Positions 30,728 to 41,547 are shown, counted from the stretch's first letter. The stretch: DNA of 64,000 nt from Chitinophaga pinensis (GCA_945860605.1 CAMAQL010000001.1:3236-67235), one strand, 5' to 3'. The notes: generated by a model not told the origin, from the letters alone. Numbers and translations are program-made.

Positions 30728-31369
30728 TTAAAATAATCCGTATAAAGTGCTGTCTACTTTACTAATGACATGACCTAAATCTTCTTCAGACTCGCCAAAT
30801 TTATTTTTATCACAATCTATCACTAACAAAGGGCCCTCTGTATAATTTTCTATCCATTTATTGTAATATTCATTCAGTCTTTTTAAATAGTCTAAACGAA
30901 TGTTCTCTTCGTACTCTCTTCCTCTCTTTTGAATTTGAGACACTAATGTTGGAACAGATGCTTTTAAATAAATCAATAAATCTGGTGGTTGAACCATAGA
31001 TTGAATGGTTTTAAAAAAGCCAAAATAATTATCAAAATCACGCTTACTCATCAAACCCATCTCGTGTAAGTTAGGTGCAAAAATATTGGCATCTTCATAG
31101 ATGGTTCTATCTTGAATGATGGTTTCCGTACCTTGTTGTATTTCTAAAATTTGATTCAATCTACCGTGTAAAAAGTAAATCTGTAAGTTGAAGCTCCATC
31201 TTGGCATATCATCATAGAAGTCCATTAGATAGGGGTTATGGTCCACATCTTCAAATTGAGGGATCCAACGATAGTGCTTGCTCAACAACTCTGTCAATGT
31301 TGTTTTACCAACACCAATATTGCCTGCGATTGCTACGTGTTTCGGTTTTTTAGTTGTTTCTTTTGCCAT
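30728..31369 (-). CDS. Deoxynucleoside kinase
   Basis: GNIGVGKTT P-loop, DRTIYED, PDLLIYL, KRGREYE. Confidence 0.94.
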   Translation of the reverse strand: MAKETTKKPKHVAIAGNIGVGKTTLTELLSKHYRWIPQFEDVDHNPYLMDFYDDMPRWSFNLQIYFLHGRLNQILEIQQGTETIIQDRTIYEDANIFAPNLHEMGLMSKRDFDNYFGFFKTIQSMVQPPDLLIYLKASVPTLVSQIQKRGREYEENIRLDYLKRLNEYYNKWIENYTEGPLLVIDCDKNKFGESEEDLGHVISKVDSTLYGLF

Positions 31370-31406
31370 AATCTTATGCGTGAAGTTAAATTAATTGGTA
31401 TTGATT

Positions 31407-32420
31407 TTAAAGGTATTCCATACCCACTGCTTTTCTTACAGTGGTCAAAGTGGCTGAAGCACTTGCTCTTGCCTTGTCTGCACCTTGATGTATTATTTTT
31501 AAAAGTAAATCTTTATTGTTTTGTAAGTCTGCTGCTTTGGTTCTAATTGGATTGATAAATTGAACCATATCCTCGGCCAATTGTTTTTTCATGTCACCAT
31601 AACGAATGATGCAATTGCCTTCTGAACTATTGTTAAAGTCGTCCTCGAATTTTTGAACAGTATCTGCAGAACTCACTAAACCCATTAGCGTAAATAAGTT
31701 TTGAATATAGTCTGGTTTTACTGAATTAGGTGTTAAAGGTCCTTGGTCTGTTTTTGCTTTCATCACTTTTTTACGAATCAAATCATCTTCATCCGCTAAA
31801 AATAAAGTCGTCATTTGATTTTCACTCTTACTCATTTTGCCATTACCATCTAAGCCCATGATCTTCACCAATTCACTGTTATAATTAAAGGCATAAGGCA
31901 GTGGGAACGTCTCTCCATAGCGGTGGTTGAACCTTTCAGCAAAGTTTCTTGCCATTTCTAAGTTTTGTTCTTGGTCTTTTCCAACTGGCACTTTGACTGC
32001 GCGATGGATTAAGATATCTGCAGCTTGTAACACGGGATAAGTTAATAATCCTGCATTCACATTTTCAGGTTGCATCCTTACTTTATCTTTAAACGTAGTG
32101 GTCTTTTCTAATTCACCTTTATAAGCCAACATATTTAAATACAAATACAATTCTGCAATTTCTGGTACATCACTTTGAACATATAAAGACACTTTCTCTG
32201 GGTCTAATCCACAAGCAATATTTTCTGCCACCACTCTTAACACACTTTCTTGTAAAGTTTTTGTGTCAGGATGTGTCGTTAAGCTATGCCAATTGGCTAC
32301 AAAAAAATAGCAATTAAATTCATCTTGCATGCGGACATAATTGCGCATGGCACCAAAATAATTCCCCAAATGTAAGAAGCCAGTAGGCCTGATTCCACTC
32401 AATACGATTTCCTTTTCCAT
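31407..32420 (-). CDS. trpS: Tryptophanyl-tRNA synthetase (start moved to ATG 32420)
   Basis: SGIRPTGFLHLGNY (HIGH), VPVGKDQ, KMSKS. Confidence 0.98.
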   Translation of the reverse strand: MEKEIVLSGIRPTGFLHLGNYFGAMRNYVRMQDEFNCYFFVANWHSLTTHPDTKTLQESVLRVVAENIACGLDPEKVSLYVQSDVPEIAELYLYLNMLAYKGELEKTTTFKDKVRMQPENVNAGLLTYPVLQAADILIHRAVKVPVGKDQEQNLEMARNFAERFNHRYGETFPLPYAFNYNSELVKIMGLDGNGKMSKSENQMTTLFLADEDDLIRKKVMKAKTDQGPLTPNSVKPDYIQNLFTLMGLVSSADTVQKFEDDFNNSSEGNCIIRYGDMKKQLAEDMVQFINPIRTKAADLQNNKDLLLKIIHQGADKARASASATLTTVRKAVGMEYL

Positions 32421-32500
32421 AGCTGTGCGAAGATAATGAATCACAATCCCATTTTTTGCCATCTTTTTGGGATATTTGTCCTGAATCTAAAAAAAATCGC

Positions 32501-34603
32501 TTGAGCCTAGCATCTCTTTTATCCAGTCCCATTGAATACCTAAAGGGTGTAGGCCCTCAGAGGGCGGAATTGCTTAAAAAAGAGCTCAGTATCTTTACAT
32601 TCGGCGACTTATTACAACATTTTCCACATAGGCATGTAGATAAGACCATTGTGACACCAATCAATCAATTGACTCCAGAGATGGATTTTATTCAGGTCAA
32701 AGGGGTCTTATTAGGCTTACATTCCATTGGAGAGAAGCGCTCAAAAAGGATGGTTGCCCAGTTAAGAGACGAATCGGGTCTTTTAGAATTGGCTTGGTTT
32801 CAGGGGATTCAGTATGTTCAAAAGAATTTAGTGGAGGGGCAGACCTACTTGGTTTTTGGTAGGTTAGGATTTTTTAATGGCAAACCTCAGATTGTGCATC
32901 CCGAAATCGAAGCTTTTGAACTGCAAACAATGTCTCAAAAATCATTGCTTGAACCGGTCTATGGTTCAACCGAGAAATTAAAAGCAAGGGGATTGAATGG
33001 AAAACAAATTGGTAAACTAACTCAGGTATTGTTTCAACAAATTAGTGAAAGGGATTTGCCAGAAAATTTGCCTGCGCATTTATTAGTGGATAGAATGGGA
33101 AGATGGGAGGCGTTTAGACAAATCCATTTTCCAACCAGTCAGGTAAAATATAAACAGGCATTATCACGATTGATTTTTGAAGAATTATTCATTGCACAAA
33201 TCAGGTTGAATTTAATTAAGATAGACCGACATAAGAATAGCAAAGGGCAGGTGTTTGAAAAAGTGGGGGACTATTTTAATACTTTTTATAATAATTATTT
33301 ACCCTTTGAATTAACTGGTGCGCAAAAAAGGGTGATCAAAGAAATTAGGCAAGACGTAGCAAAAGGATTTCAGATGAACCGATTGTTACAAGGCGATGTG
33401 GGCAGTGGAAAAACGATGATTGCATTGATGGCGATGCTTATTGCTGCTGACAATGGATTTCAGAGTTGCTTAATGGCGCCTACCGAAATTTTAGCACAAC
33501 AACATTATACTAGTTTGACAGAACTCTTAAAGGAAATGCCGGTCGAAGTAGCTATTTTAACAGGAAGTACAAAAGCTGCTGAGCGCAGAAGAATATTAAA
33601 AGGATTAGCAGATGATACGATTCATTTTGTGGTAGGCACGCATGCCTTGATCGAGGATCCAGTGCAATTTAAAAAATTAGGATTAGCAGTCATAGACGAA
33701 CAACACAGATTCGGAGTAGAGCAAAGATCCAAGCTTTGGAAAAAAGCATCCATACCACCGCATGTACTAGTGATGACCGCAACACCAATCCCAAGAACCT
33801 TAGCCATGACTGCTTATGGAGATTTGGATTATAGTATCATGGATGAATTACCTCCAGGAAGAATGCCTATTAAAACCGTGCATCGATACGAAACATCGCG
33901 CGCGAGTGTGATGGATTTTGTAAAATCAGAAATACAAAAAGGACATCAAGCTTATTATGTGTATCCTTTAATTGAGGAAAGTGAAAAGATGAGTTATGAG
34001 GATTTAATGCAGGGCTATGAGCAAGTGAAAAGTTATTTTCCTGAACCTACTTACAAAATAAGTATGGTCCATGGAAAAATGCACAATGATTTAAAATCCG
34101 AAAACATGAATCGATTTAAATCAGGTGATACTCAAATTTTAGTAGGCACCACAGTGATAGAAGTGGGTGTGAATGTGCCCAATGCATCGGTGATGGTGAT
34201 AGAGAGTGCAGAAAAATTTGGTTTATCACAACTCCATCAATTAAGGGGTAGAGTAGGTAGAGGGTCTGAACAGAGTTACTGTATTTTATTAAGCAGCGTC
34301 AAAGCAAGTAGAGAGGCAAGAGAAAGATTAAAAATCATGTGCAATACCACAGATGGTTTTGTGATCGCAGAAAAAGATTTAGAAATAAGGGGTCCGGGAG
34401 ATATAGATGGCACAAGACAAAGCGGTGCATTGAATTTTAAATTAGCAAGTTTGATCAACGACCGACCTACCATGGAAATCGCCAAAGAAGCAGCTGCAGC
34501 CATCTGTGAAAAAGACCCTAATTTGACGATGCCAGAACACTTAGCAATTCGAAGCTTTTTACAGACCCAAAAAACCAAAATTGGCTGGGGCAAGATTGCC
34601 TAA
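32501..34603 (+). CDS. recG: ATP-dependent DNA helicase RecG (probable TTG start at 32501)
   Basis: LKGVGP, LQGDVGSGKT, DEQH, MTATPIPR, QLHQLRGRVGR. Confidence 0.97.
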   Translation: MSLASLLSSPIEYLKGVGPQRAELLKKELSIFTFGDLLQHFPHRHVDKTIVTPINQLTPEMDFIQVKGVLLGLHSIGEKRSKRMVAQLRDESGLLELAWFQGIQYVQKNLVEGQTYLVFGRLGFFNGKPQIVHPEIEAFELQTMSQKSLLEPVYGSTEKLKARGLNGKQIGKLTQVLFQQISERDLPENLPAHLLVDRMGRWEAFRQIHFPTSQVKYKQALSRLIFEELFIAQIRLNLIKIDRHKNSKGQVFEKVGDYFNTFYNNYLPFELTGAQKRVIKEIRQDVAKGFQMNRLLQGDVGSGKTMIALMAMLIAADNGFQSCLMAPTEILAQQHYTSLTELLKEMPVEVAILTGSTKAAERRRILKGLADDTIHFVVGTHALIEDPVQFKKLGLAVIDEQHRFGVEQRSKLWKKASIPPHVLVMTATPIPRTLAMTAYGDLDYSIMDELPPGRMPIKTVHRYETSRASVMDFVKSEIQKGHQAYYVYPLIEESEKMSYEDLMQGYEQVKSYFPEPTYKISMVHGKMHNDLKSENMNRFKSGDTQILVGTTVIEVGVNVPNASVMVIESAEKFGLSQLHQLRGRVGRGSEQSYCILLSSVKASREARERLKIMCNTTDGFVIAEKDLEIRGPGDIDGTRQSGALNFKLASLINDRPTMEIAKEAAAAICEKDPNLTMPEHLAIRSFLQTQKTKIGWGKIA

Positions 34604-34678
34604 GCACATCAATTTTAAGTATCTTGCTTACAATAAGCCACTATCTAGGAGGCATTATAATACATTCAAATATTTAGT

Positions 34679-35974
34679 ATGAAATACGATCCACTTGATC
34701 CAACCCTATTTATTCAAAACAGAAAGCGTTTTGTAAGTCAAATGCAAAAAAATAGCATCGCTGTTTTTGTAAGCAACGACGAGTTCCCTAGTAATGGAGA
34801 TGCATTGCATGGCTTTGTACAAAATTCTGATTTATTCTGGTTATCTGGTATTGAACAAGAAGGCACCATGATAGTGTTATTTCCAGATAATCCAGATCCT
34901 AAATATAGAGAGGTATTGGTCTTGGTTCGTCCGCAGGAATTAAAAGAAATTTGGGATGGCAAAAGATTGAGAGCGCATGAAGCCACTGCTATTTCTGGCA
35001 TGAAAACCATTGTATGGGTAGATAGTATTGACGCGATGTTACAAACCTGGATACATTTAGCAGATGCGATTTATTTAGACTCTAATGAGAATGATCGTAA
35101 AAATAATTTAGTTAGAACCAATGAATATCGTTTCATAGATGAAATGCAATCTCGCTATCCATTACATCAATACTTACGCGCGGCTAAAATTATGAAAGCC
35201 TTGAGGGCGATCAAAACAAAGCAAGAAGTAGTGGTGATTCAAAAAGCCATTGATATTACTGAGTCTGCTTTTAGAAGGTTATTGCAATTCCTTCAACCAG
35301 GTGTGAATGAGTGTGAGGTTGAAGCAGAAATTTACCATGAATTTTTAAGACAAAAAGCAACAGGTGTTGCTTACCACAGTATTTTAGCAAGTGGTGACAA
35401 TGCAAGAACATTGCATTATACAAGTAATAATAATGAATGTAAAGACGGAGAACTAATTTTGATGGATTTTGGCGCGGCCTATGGTGGATACAATGCAGAT
35501 TTAACAAGAACAGTTCCGGTGAATGGCAAATTTACCAAGCGTCAAAAGGAAGTCTACAATGCATGTTTACATTTACATGATTATGCAAAATCAATTTTAA
35601 AGCCAGGTATCTCTATTTTAAATTATACCGATAAAGTGGGTGAAGAAGCCACAAAACAATTTGTAAAAATTGGCTTATTGACAAAGGCAGATGTAAAAAA
35701 TGAAGATTCGGAAAATAGAGCATACCGAAAATATTTATACCATGGCATCTCCCACCATTTAGGAATAGATGTGCATGATTTGGGCACAAGAACTGCGCCA
35801 ATACAAGCGGGCATGGTATTCACTGTGGAGCCAGGCATCTATATTAAAGAAGAGGGCATGGGTGTGCGTATCGAAAATAATGTTTGGGTGACTGCGAAAG
35901 GCAATCAAGATTTATTCAAGAACATTCCAATCAAGGCCGAAGAGATTGAAAATTTAATGAAAAGAAAAAAATAA
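34679..35974 (+). CDS. pepP: Xaa-Pro aminopeptidase (M24B)
   Basis: DFGAAYGGYNADLTRT, HGISHHLGIDVHD, TVEPGIY, GVRIEN. Confidence 0.92.
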   Translation: MKYDPLDPTLFIQNRKRFVSQMQKNSIAVFVSNDEFPSNGDALHGFVQNSDLFWLSGIEQEGTMIVLFPDNPDPKYREVLVLVRPQELKEIWDGKRLRAHEATAISGMKTIVWVDSIDAMLQTWIHLADAIYLDSNENDRKNNLVRTNEYRFIDEMQSRYPLHQYLRAAKIMKALRAIKTKQEVVVIQKAIDITESAFRRLLQFLQPGVNECEVEAEIYHEFLRQKATGVAYHSILASGDNARTLHYTSNNNECKDGELILMDFGAAYGGYNADLTRTVPVNGKFTKRQKEVYNACLHLHDYAKSILKPGISILNYTDKVGEEATKQFVKIGLLTKADVKNEDSENRAYRKYLYHGISHHLGIDVHDLGTRTAPIQAGMVFTVEPGIYIKEEGMGVRIENNVWVTAKGNQDLFKNIPIKAEEIENLMKRKK

Positions 35975-35986
35975 TTCAATTACAAA

Positions 35987-36757
35987 ATGCGCCAACAAAT
36001 CCCCAATATCATTACGCTATTCAACCTATTTTTAGGATGCATGGCCATTGTTAGTTGCTTTCAATTTGGGACGGTGGCGTCTATCTCTGAAACCGGAGAT
36101 ATGTTAATTGAGATTCCTGAAAAATTATATTTAGCCAGTTTATTCATTGGACTTGCAGCTGTGGTTGATTTCTTGGACGGTTACGTTGCTAGGTTAATGA
36201 ATGTGCCTTCTGAGATGGGGAAGCAATTAGATTCATTGGCAGATGTAGTTAGTTTTGGTGTCGCACCTGCCTGTATTGTGTATCAATTTTTAAGACTGGC
36301 ATTGGCCAATGATGTGAATGCACTGGCTACAAGTAGTTGGTTATTTGCTCCAGCATTCATCATTCCAATGGCGGGTGCTTATAGACTAGCAAGATTTAAT
36401 TTGGATACAACCCAATCCACCTATTTTAAAGGGGTTCCCATTCCTATGATTGGGATTTTAACTGCAGTTTTTCCATTGATCTATTGGCAGCCTTCTTTTG
36501 GGATTATTTCAAAGCTTTTATTGAGCCCGATATTTTGGTACTGCTATATTTTAGTTGTGAGTTATTTGATGGTCATGACTAGACCAATGTTGGCGCTTAA
36601 AAGCTTATCCAATAAGAAAAAATTATTCCTTCCATTAGGGATTGTTGCAATAGAAATAGTGGTTTCAGCTATATTTTTTAAATGGTACGCGATTCCATTT
36701 GGCTTTATTGGCTATTGCATAGTATCTTTGATGTATCCAAAAACAATCACTCAATAA
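35987..36757 (+). CDS. pssA: CDP-alcohol phosphatidyltransferase (phosphatidylserine synthase type)
   Basis: DFLDGYVAR ... GKQLDSLADVVSFGVAP; RLARFN. Confidence 0.88.
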   Translation: MRQQIPNIITLFNLFLGCMAIVSCFQFGTVASISETGDMLIEIPEKLYLASLFIGLAAVVDFLDGYVARLMNVPSEMGKQLDSLADVVSFGVAPACIVYQFLRLALANDVNALATSSWLFAPAFIIPMAGAYRLARFNLDTTQSTYFKGVPIPMIGILTAVFPLIYWQPSFGIISKLLLSPIFWYCYILVVSYLMVMTRPMLALKSLSNKKKLFLPLGIVAIEIVVSAIFFKWYAIPFGFIGYCIVSLMYPKTITQ

Positions 36758-36763
36758 CAAAGT

Positions 36764-37009
36764 ATGATCTATCAAGTACAAATTAAAGTAATGCCATTAA
36801 AGGATTTATTAGATCCACAAGGAAAAGCAGTTTTAGGCGGATTACATAATTTAGGTTTATCAGGAATACAAGACGTTCGCGTTGGAAAAAATATCAACTT
36901 ACAAATTGAAGCTGCCGATGAAGCTGCAGCAGTGGCAATGGCGACTGAAGCAAGTAAGCAATTATTAGCGAATGCGGTGATGGAATACTTTGAAGTAGTG
37001 GTATTATAA
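36764..37009 (+). CDS. purS: FGAM synthase subunit PurS
   Basis: LLDPQGKAV, VRVGK, LLANAVME. Confidence 0.95.
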   Translation: MIYQVQIKVMPLKDLLDPQGKAVLGGLHNLGLSGIQDVRVGKNINLQIEAADEAAAVAMATEASKQLLANAVMEYFEVVVL

Positions 37010-37031
37010 TCGACTTCATTCATTTACAACC

Positions 37032-37697
37032 ATGTTATATTTAGTCCCTACACCCATTGGAAATTTAAAAGATTTTACTTTTAGAGCGGTAGAGACTTTA
37101 CAATCTGTGGATTTTATTTTATGTGAGGACACAAGAACCTCCTCCAAGTTGTTACAGCATTATCAAATTCAGAAGCCACTCACGCCTTTTCATCAACACA
37201 ATGAACACAAAATTGTGGAGCACTTGGTGCAACAATTGATGGCAGGAAAAAATATTGCACTCATCACTGACGCAGGTACCCCAGGTATTTCTGATCCAGC
37301 ATTTTTATTGGTTCGTGCCTGCAAAGCAGCAGGTGTTCCGGTAACAAGCTTACCAGGTGCCACGGCGTTTGTCCCAGCCTTAGTCAATAGTGGACTGCCT
37401 ACCAACTCCTTTATATTTGAAGGTTTTATCCCTTTAAAGAAAGGCAGAAAAACATTAATGGAGTCCTTAGCCAATGAGGAGCGCACCATGATTTTTTATG
37501 AAAGTCCTATGCGCCTTGTTAAAACCCTCGAACTTTTTAAAGCTACATTTGGAGCAGAGCGTAAAGCTGCTGTGAGTAGGGAGCTCACAAAGATGTTTGA
37601 AGAAAATATCACCGACACCCTCGACAATTTAATCCTCCATTTTACTGCAAAGCAAGTCAAAGGGGAGATTGTGATTGTGGTGGCTGGGAAGGATTAA
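37032..37697 (+). CDS. rsmI: 16S rRNA C1402 2'-O-methyltransferase
   Basis: LYLVPTPIGNLKD, CEDTR, DAGTPGISDP, SRELTKMFEE. Confidence 0.96.
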   Translation: MLYLVPTPIGNLKDFTFRAVETLQSVDFILCEDTRTSSKLLQHYQIQKPLTPFHQHNEHKIVEHLVQQLMAGKNIALITDAGTPGISDPAFLLVRACKAAGVPVTSLPGATAFVPALVNSGLPTNSFIFEGFIPLKKGRKTLMESLANEERTMIFYESPMRLVKTLELFKATFGAERKAAVSRELTKMFEENITDTLDNLILHFTAKQVKGEIVIVVAGKD

Positions 37698-37775
37698 GCC
37701 TTCTTTCAATCCTTTTATCATTCCACTTTGGAATACACCCTTTTTTTCTTTAAATTGACCTTATAAATATATCCT

Positions 37776-39680
37776 ATGTTAAAGAAGTTTTCCTTTTTTG
37801 CGCTTTTGATGATCATAACAACTGTGCAATTATTCGCCCAACCAGAACGTTGGCAACAACAGATCAATTATAAAATTGATGCTGCCTTAGATGTGCAAAA
37901 AAATACCATCAAGGGGACCGAAGAAATCCTGTATACCAACAATTCAACTGATACCTTACGCAAAGTGTATTTTCATATGTATTGGAATGCCTTCCAGCCT
38001 AATTCAAATATGGATGTACGAAGTCGTGAATTGGGTAAAACAACTTTTACTGGCCGAAGAGGAGAAGAGGTAAAAGATTGGGATATGCGTGTGCGTGATC
38101 GTATTCAAAACTTAAAGCCAGAAGAATATGGTATTCAAAAAGTAAATACCATCACCATCAATGGCAAGGCACAACAATTAGTGGAGCATGAAACTATATT
38201 AGAAGTTGTTTTAACGCAACCTATATTACCAAAGTCTGCTGTTAAAATGAATGTACAATTTGAGGCGCAAGTGCCGGTACAAGTGAGAAGATCGGGTAGA
38301 GACAATGCAGAAGGTGTGCGTTATTCTATGAGTCAATGGTATCCTAAAATGGTAGAATATGATTACCAAGGATGGAATACCAATCCATATATTGCTAGAG
38401 AATTTTATGGTGTTTGGGGTAATTATGATGTGACTTTAAGAATGGATAAATCTTATATGGTTGGGGGAACTGGAGTGCTTCAAAATCCAACTGCACCATT
38501 GGATAAAGACGGTCATAAGGTTTGGAATTTTAAGGGCAATACCATTCATGATTTCGTGTGGTTTGCAGATAATAATTTTAAGCATTTATCTAAGGAAGTG
38601 CGAAAAGGTTTAACCCTTCATGTATACTATAAAGCAAAAGATGCGAAAGCGGATAGTGCTTGGGCCAATGTATTATGGGCTGCTGAAAAAGTATTGCCAT
38701 ATATGGAAAAGAAAATGGGTGCCTATCCTTATCCTCAATATTCATTCATTCAAGGTGGTGATGGTGGTATGGAATATGCGATGGCTACCTTATTAAAAGG
38801 GCCAGGATTAGGCACTGTATTCCACGAGTGGATACACAGCTGGTACCAACATATTTTAGGTACCAACGAAAGCTTATTTGCTTGGATGGACGAAGGATTT
38901 ACAAGTTATGGTGAAGATGATGTGACGCATCATTATGAGAAAAACTTTGCAACACAATCGCCTTATATTAGTGAGGCAGCAAAAAAACAACTTACTGCTT
39001 CGATCGAAAGACAAGCAACGATGCTTCCTGCTGTGCAGTTTGGTAACTATAACGGTTATTTAGCATTGGCTAAAAGTGGATTCGAAGAGCCTATGTCAAC
39101 GCATGCAGATCATTTTAATACCAACTATGCATACTCTAATGCTGCTTATAGTAAAGGCGGCACATTCATAGGTTTATTGGGTTATGTAATGGGTGAAGCG
39201 AAGCGTGATCAATTGATGTTGAATTATTATAACACTTGGAAATTCAAACATCCAAATGCAAATGATTTTATTCGTGTAGCAGAAAAAACAAGTGGTTTAC
39301 AATTGCAATGGTTAAAAGAATATTGGGTGAATAGTACTAAGACGATTGATTATGGTTTAAACGATATTCAAGTAAGCGGTAATGCAGCATTGATTAGTAT
39401 TCAAAGAGTAGGTAAGTTTCCTATGCCTGTGGAAGTTGTAGTCACTTACAAAGACGGCACGAGTGAATTACACTATATGCCATTGGATTTAATGTTGGGT
39501 GGAAAACAACAAGAGGCTACTATAAAACAAATCAATCATCCAGAATGGAAATGGGCACAACCCACTTATACTTTTGAGACAATGCAGCCATTGGGTGCAA
39601 TCAAGTCAATTGAAATTGATCCTAGCCAACGTATGCCAGATATCAATAGAAGTAATAACAAAATAGAAATCCCGAATTAA
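37776..39680 (+). CDS. Secreted M1-family metalloaminopeptidase
   Basis: Signal peptide; GGMEY, HEWIH-x18-E (WMDEG), YSKG. Confidence 0.92.
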   Translation: MLKKFSFFALLMIITTVQLFAQPERWQQQINYKIDAALDVQKNTIKGTEEILYTNNSTDTLRKVYFHMYWNAFQPNSNMDVRSRELGKTTFTGRRGEEVKDWDMRVRDRIQNLKPEEYGIQKVNTITINGKAQQLVEHETILEVVLTQPILPKSAVKMNVQFEAQVPVQVRRSGRDNAEGVRYSMSQWYPKMVEYDYQGWNTNPYIAREFYGVWGNYDVTLRMDKSYMVGGTGVLQNPTAPLDKDGHKVWNFKGNTIHDFVWFADNNFKHLSKEVRKGLTLHVYYKAKDAKADSAWANVLWAAEKVLPYMEKKMGAYPYPQYSFIQGGDGGMEYAMATLLKGPGLGTVFHEWIHSWYQHILGTNESLFAWMDEGFTSYGEDDVTHHYEKNFATQSPYISEAAKKQLTASIERQATMLPAVQFGNYNGYLALAKSGFEEPMSTHADHFNTNYAYSNAAYSKGGTFIGLLGYVMGEAKRDQLMLNYYNTWKFKHPNANDFIRVAEKTSGLQLQWLKEYWVNSTKTIDYGLNDIQVSGNAALISIQRVGKFPMPVEVVVTYKDGTSELHYMPLDLMLGGKQQEATIKQINHPEWKWAQPTYTFETMQPLGAIKSIEIDPSQRMPDINRSNNKIEIPN

Positions 39681-39707
39681 TTAGTATTGATATTTAAAAG
39701 AGAGAGA

Positions 39708-39779
39708 AGTTTTGAAACCTGCATGCTCGAGTTGATATCTGCGAGCTATGAGCGAGGTATAGACGTTGTTTCAAAAACT
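39708..39779. repeat. 72-bp nested inverted-repeat element (REP/MITE-like or structured RNA)
   Basis: Outer arms AGTTTTGAAAC / GTTTCAAAAACT; inner arms CATGCTCG / CGAGCTATG. Confidence 0.45.
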
Positions 39780-39796
39780 ATTTCCTTAGATAAAAT

Positions 39797-40435
39797 TTAT
39801 TTCTTGACCTGTATGATATACTTCTCTTTAAAATAATCCTCTTTAAAGATATCATAAATCGGCATCATCTTTGGTCTAGTGCCGCTTTCAAAAATCTCTT
39901 GATGCAAGTCGCCGCCTTTTAAACAAATTAATCCGTTTGGTTGATTTGGTTTTTTAACAAGTACAGGGTTGGCCCATTTCCATAAATCTTTTAAGGGAGC
40001 AACGGCTCTACTCACTGCGTAATCGAATTTTTTATTTTTGATATCTTCTACACGTGTATGTTTTGTCTCAATATTTTTAATGCCCACTATCTCACAAACG
40101 GCGTCTACTACTTTTAATTTTTTAGCAATACTATCGACTGCATAAAATTGTACATCTGGGAAAAAGATGGCCAACGGCACAGTGGGGAAACCGCCACCAC
40201 AACCAATATCAATCACCTGTGTGCCTGGTGCCCATTCTGCAATGGCAGCAATGCTTAGCGAGTGCAATACATGGTGTAAGTATATTTGGTCAATGTCTTT
40301 TCTGGATACCACATTGATCTTTGCATTCCATTCCTGATATGCAGCTTCCAATCCAGCCAATTGACTTAATTGAGCAGGTGTAAAATCTGCAAAGTAGCGG
40401 GTGATTAATTCCAATTTTTCTGCGGGGCTTTCCAT
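39797..40435 (-). CDS. rsmG: 16S rRNA G527 N7-methyltransferase
   Basis: HVLHSL, IDIGCGGGFP, VSRAVAPL, LKGG. Confidence 0.96.
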   Translation of the reverse strand: MESPAEKLELITRYFADFTPAQLSQLAGLEAAYQEWNAKINVVSRKDIDQIYLHHVLHSLSIAAIAEWAPGTQVIDIGCGGGFPTVPLAIFFPDVQFYAVDSIAKKLKVVDAVCEIVGIKNIETKHTRVEDIKNKKFDYAVSRAVAPLKDLWKWANPVLVKKPNQPNGLICLKGGDLHQEIFESGTRPKMMPIYDIFKEDYFKEKYIIQVKK

Positions 40436-41547
40436 ACACTAGGCAAGGTAATCAAATAATAGAAGATGGACCATATATCAAATAAAATGTAGAAAGGCCA
40501 AAGGTCTAGCTCATTTAATTTTTTCATTGCGCCACGTAAAATAAGTCCTTGTAGAATTGCTCTAAACGCCCATATACCAATAATAATAGTATACTCTTTT
40601 GTAAAAATAATTGCTACAATCATTGCTGGGTATACTAAGAATTGACTGATAGCATATAAGCCTAATAAAAAAACATGCTTCTTTTTATAAAACTTACTGG
40701 TGGTATAATGACGGTATTTTTGGTTCATCCAATCTTTAAATCTGGTCTTAGGTTCACTGATTGTGTGTGCATCATGGTCTACAACAATCGCTGTATTGCG
40801 TCTATTCGCCACTTGATTGATGAATAAATCATCGTCACCACTTGGTATTTGATTGATCGATGAGAACCCTTTATTCTTGATAAATAGTTCACGCTTATAA
40901 GACAGGTTACGTCCAACACCCATATAAGGTAATCCTGCTAAGGCATAGGAGAAATATTGCAATGCAGTTTGAAAGGTCTCAAATCGAATGAGTTTATTGA
41001 GTAAGCCTGGCTTCTTTTTATATGCACCATAACCCAGTACAATTTCTTTCCCCTCGTCATAGCCATCCTGCATCAATCGCATCCAATGCTCACTTGCAGG
41101 TAAACAATCTGCATCGGTTAATAACAAGGTTTCATTCTTAGCCGACTTAATACCCATAGAAAGTGGGAATTTTTTTCCTGCGATCATTTTCGCTTCTTGC
41201 GTCAACATTACTGGGTTCAAATTTTTAAATGACTTTTTAAATTCGTCTAATAAATATTTGGTTTCATCTTCTGAATTGTCATTCACTAATACCACTTCAT
41301 GCGTGGTACTATATTCTTGCACCAAAACACCTGGTAAAGTATTCGCTAAATTATGCGCTTCGTCACGGGCACAAATCACTACAGAAACGGGGTGCTCTAC
41401 ATGACCTGTTTTTTTTGGCTTCTTATAAATAGCAAGTCTTAAAAAAAAGAATAAATAATAAAAAACCTGAATGGCAATAACAGCTGCAAAAAAGCCTATA
41501 AGTAGTTCTGATATAAGTGTTGATGAAAAGGGTAGATTGATTGTCAT
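40405..41547 (-). CDS. GT2-family membrane glycosyltransferase
   Basis: VSVVICARDE, LTDADC, SGDDDL, Q-x-x-R-like motif (QKYRH); N- and C-terminal TM helices. Confidence 0.9.
   Translation of the reverse strand: MTINLPFSSTLISELLIGFFAAVIAIQVFYYLFFFLRLAIYKKPKKTGHVEHPVSVVICARDEAHNLANTLPGVLVQEYSTTHEVVLVNDNSEDETKYLLDEFKKSFKNLNPVMLTQEAKMIAGKKFPLSMGIKSAKNETLLLTDADCLPASEHWMRLMQDGYDEGKEIVLGYGAYKKKPGLLNKLIRFETFQTALQYFSYALAGLPYMGVGRNLSYKRELFIKNKGFSSINQIPSGDDDLFINQVANRRNTAIVVDHDAHTISEPKTRFKDWMNQKYRHYTTSKFYKKKHVFLLGLYAISQFLVYPAMIVAIIFTKEYTIIIGIWAFRAILQGLILRGAMKKLNELDLWPFYILFDIWSIFYYLITLPSVWKAPQKNWN

Noticed and set aside
39708-39779. CRISPR repeat (TTGAAAC / GTTTCAA ends)
   Set aside because: The two motifs are inverted, occur once, have no spacer periodicity, and there are no cas genes.
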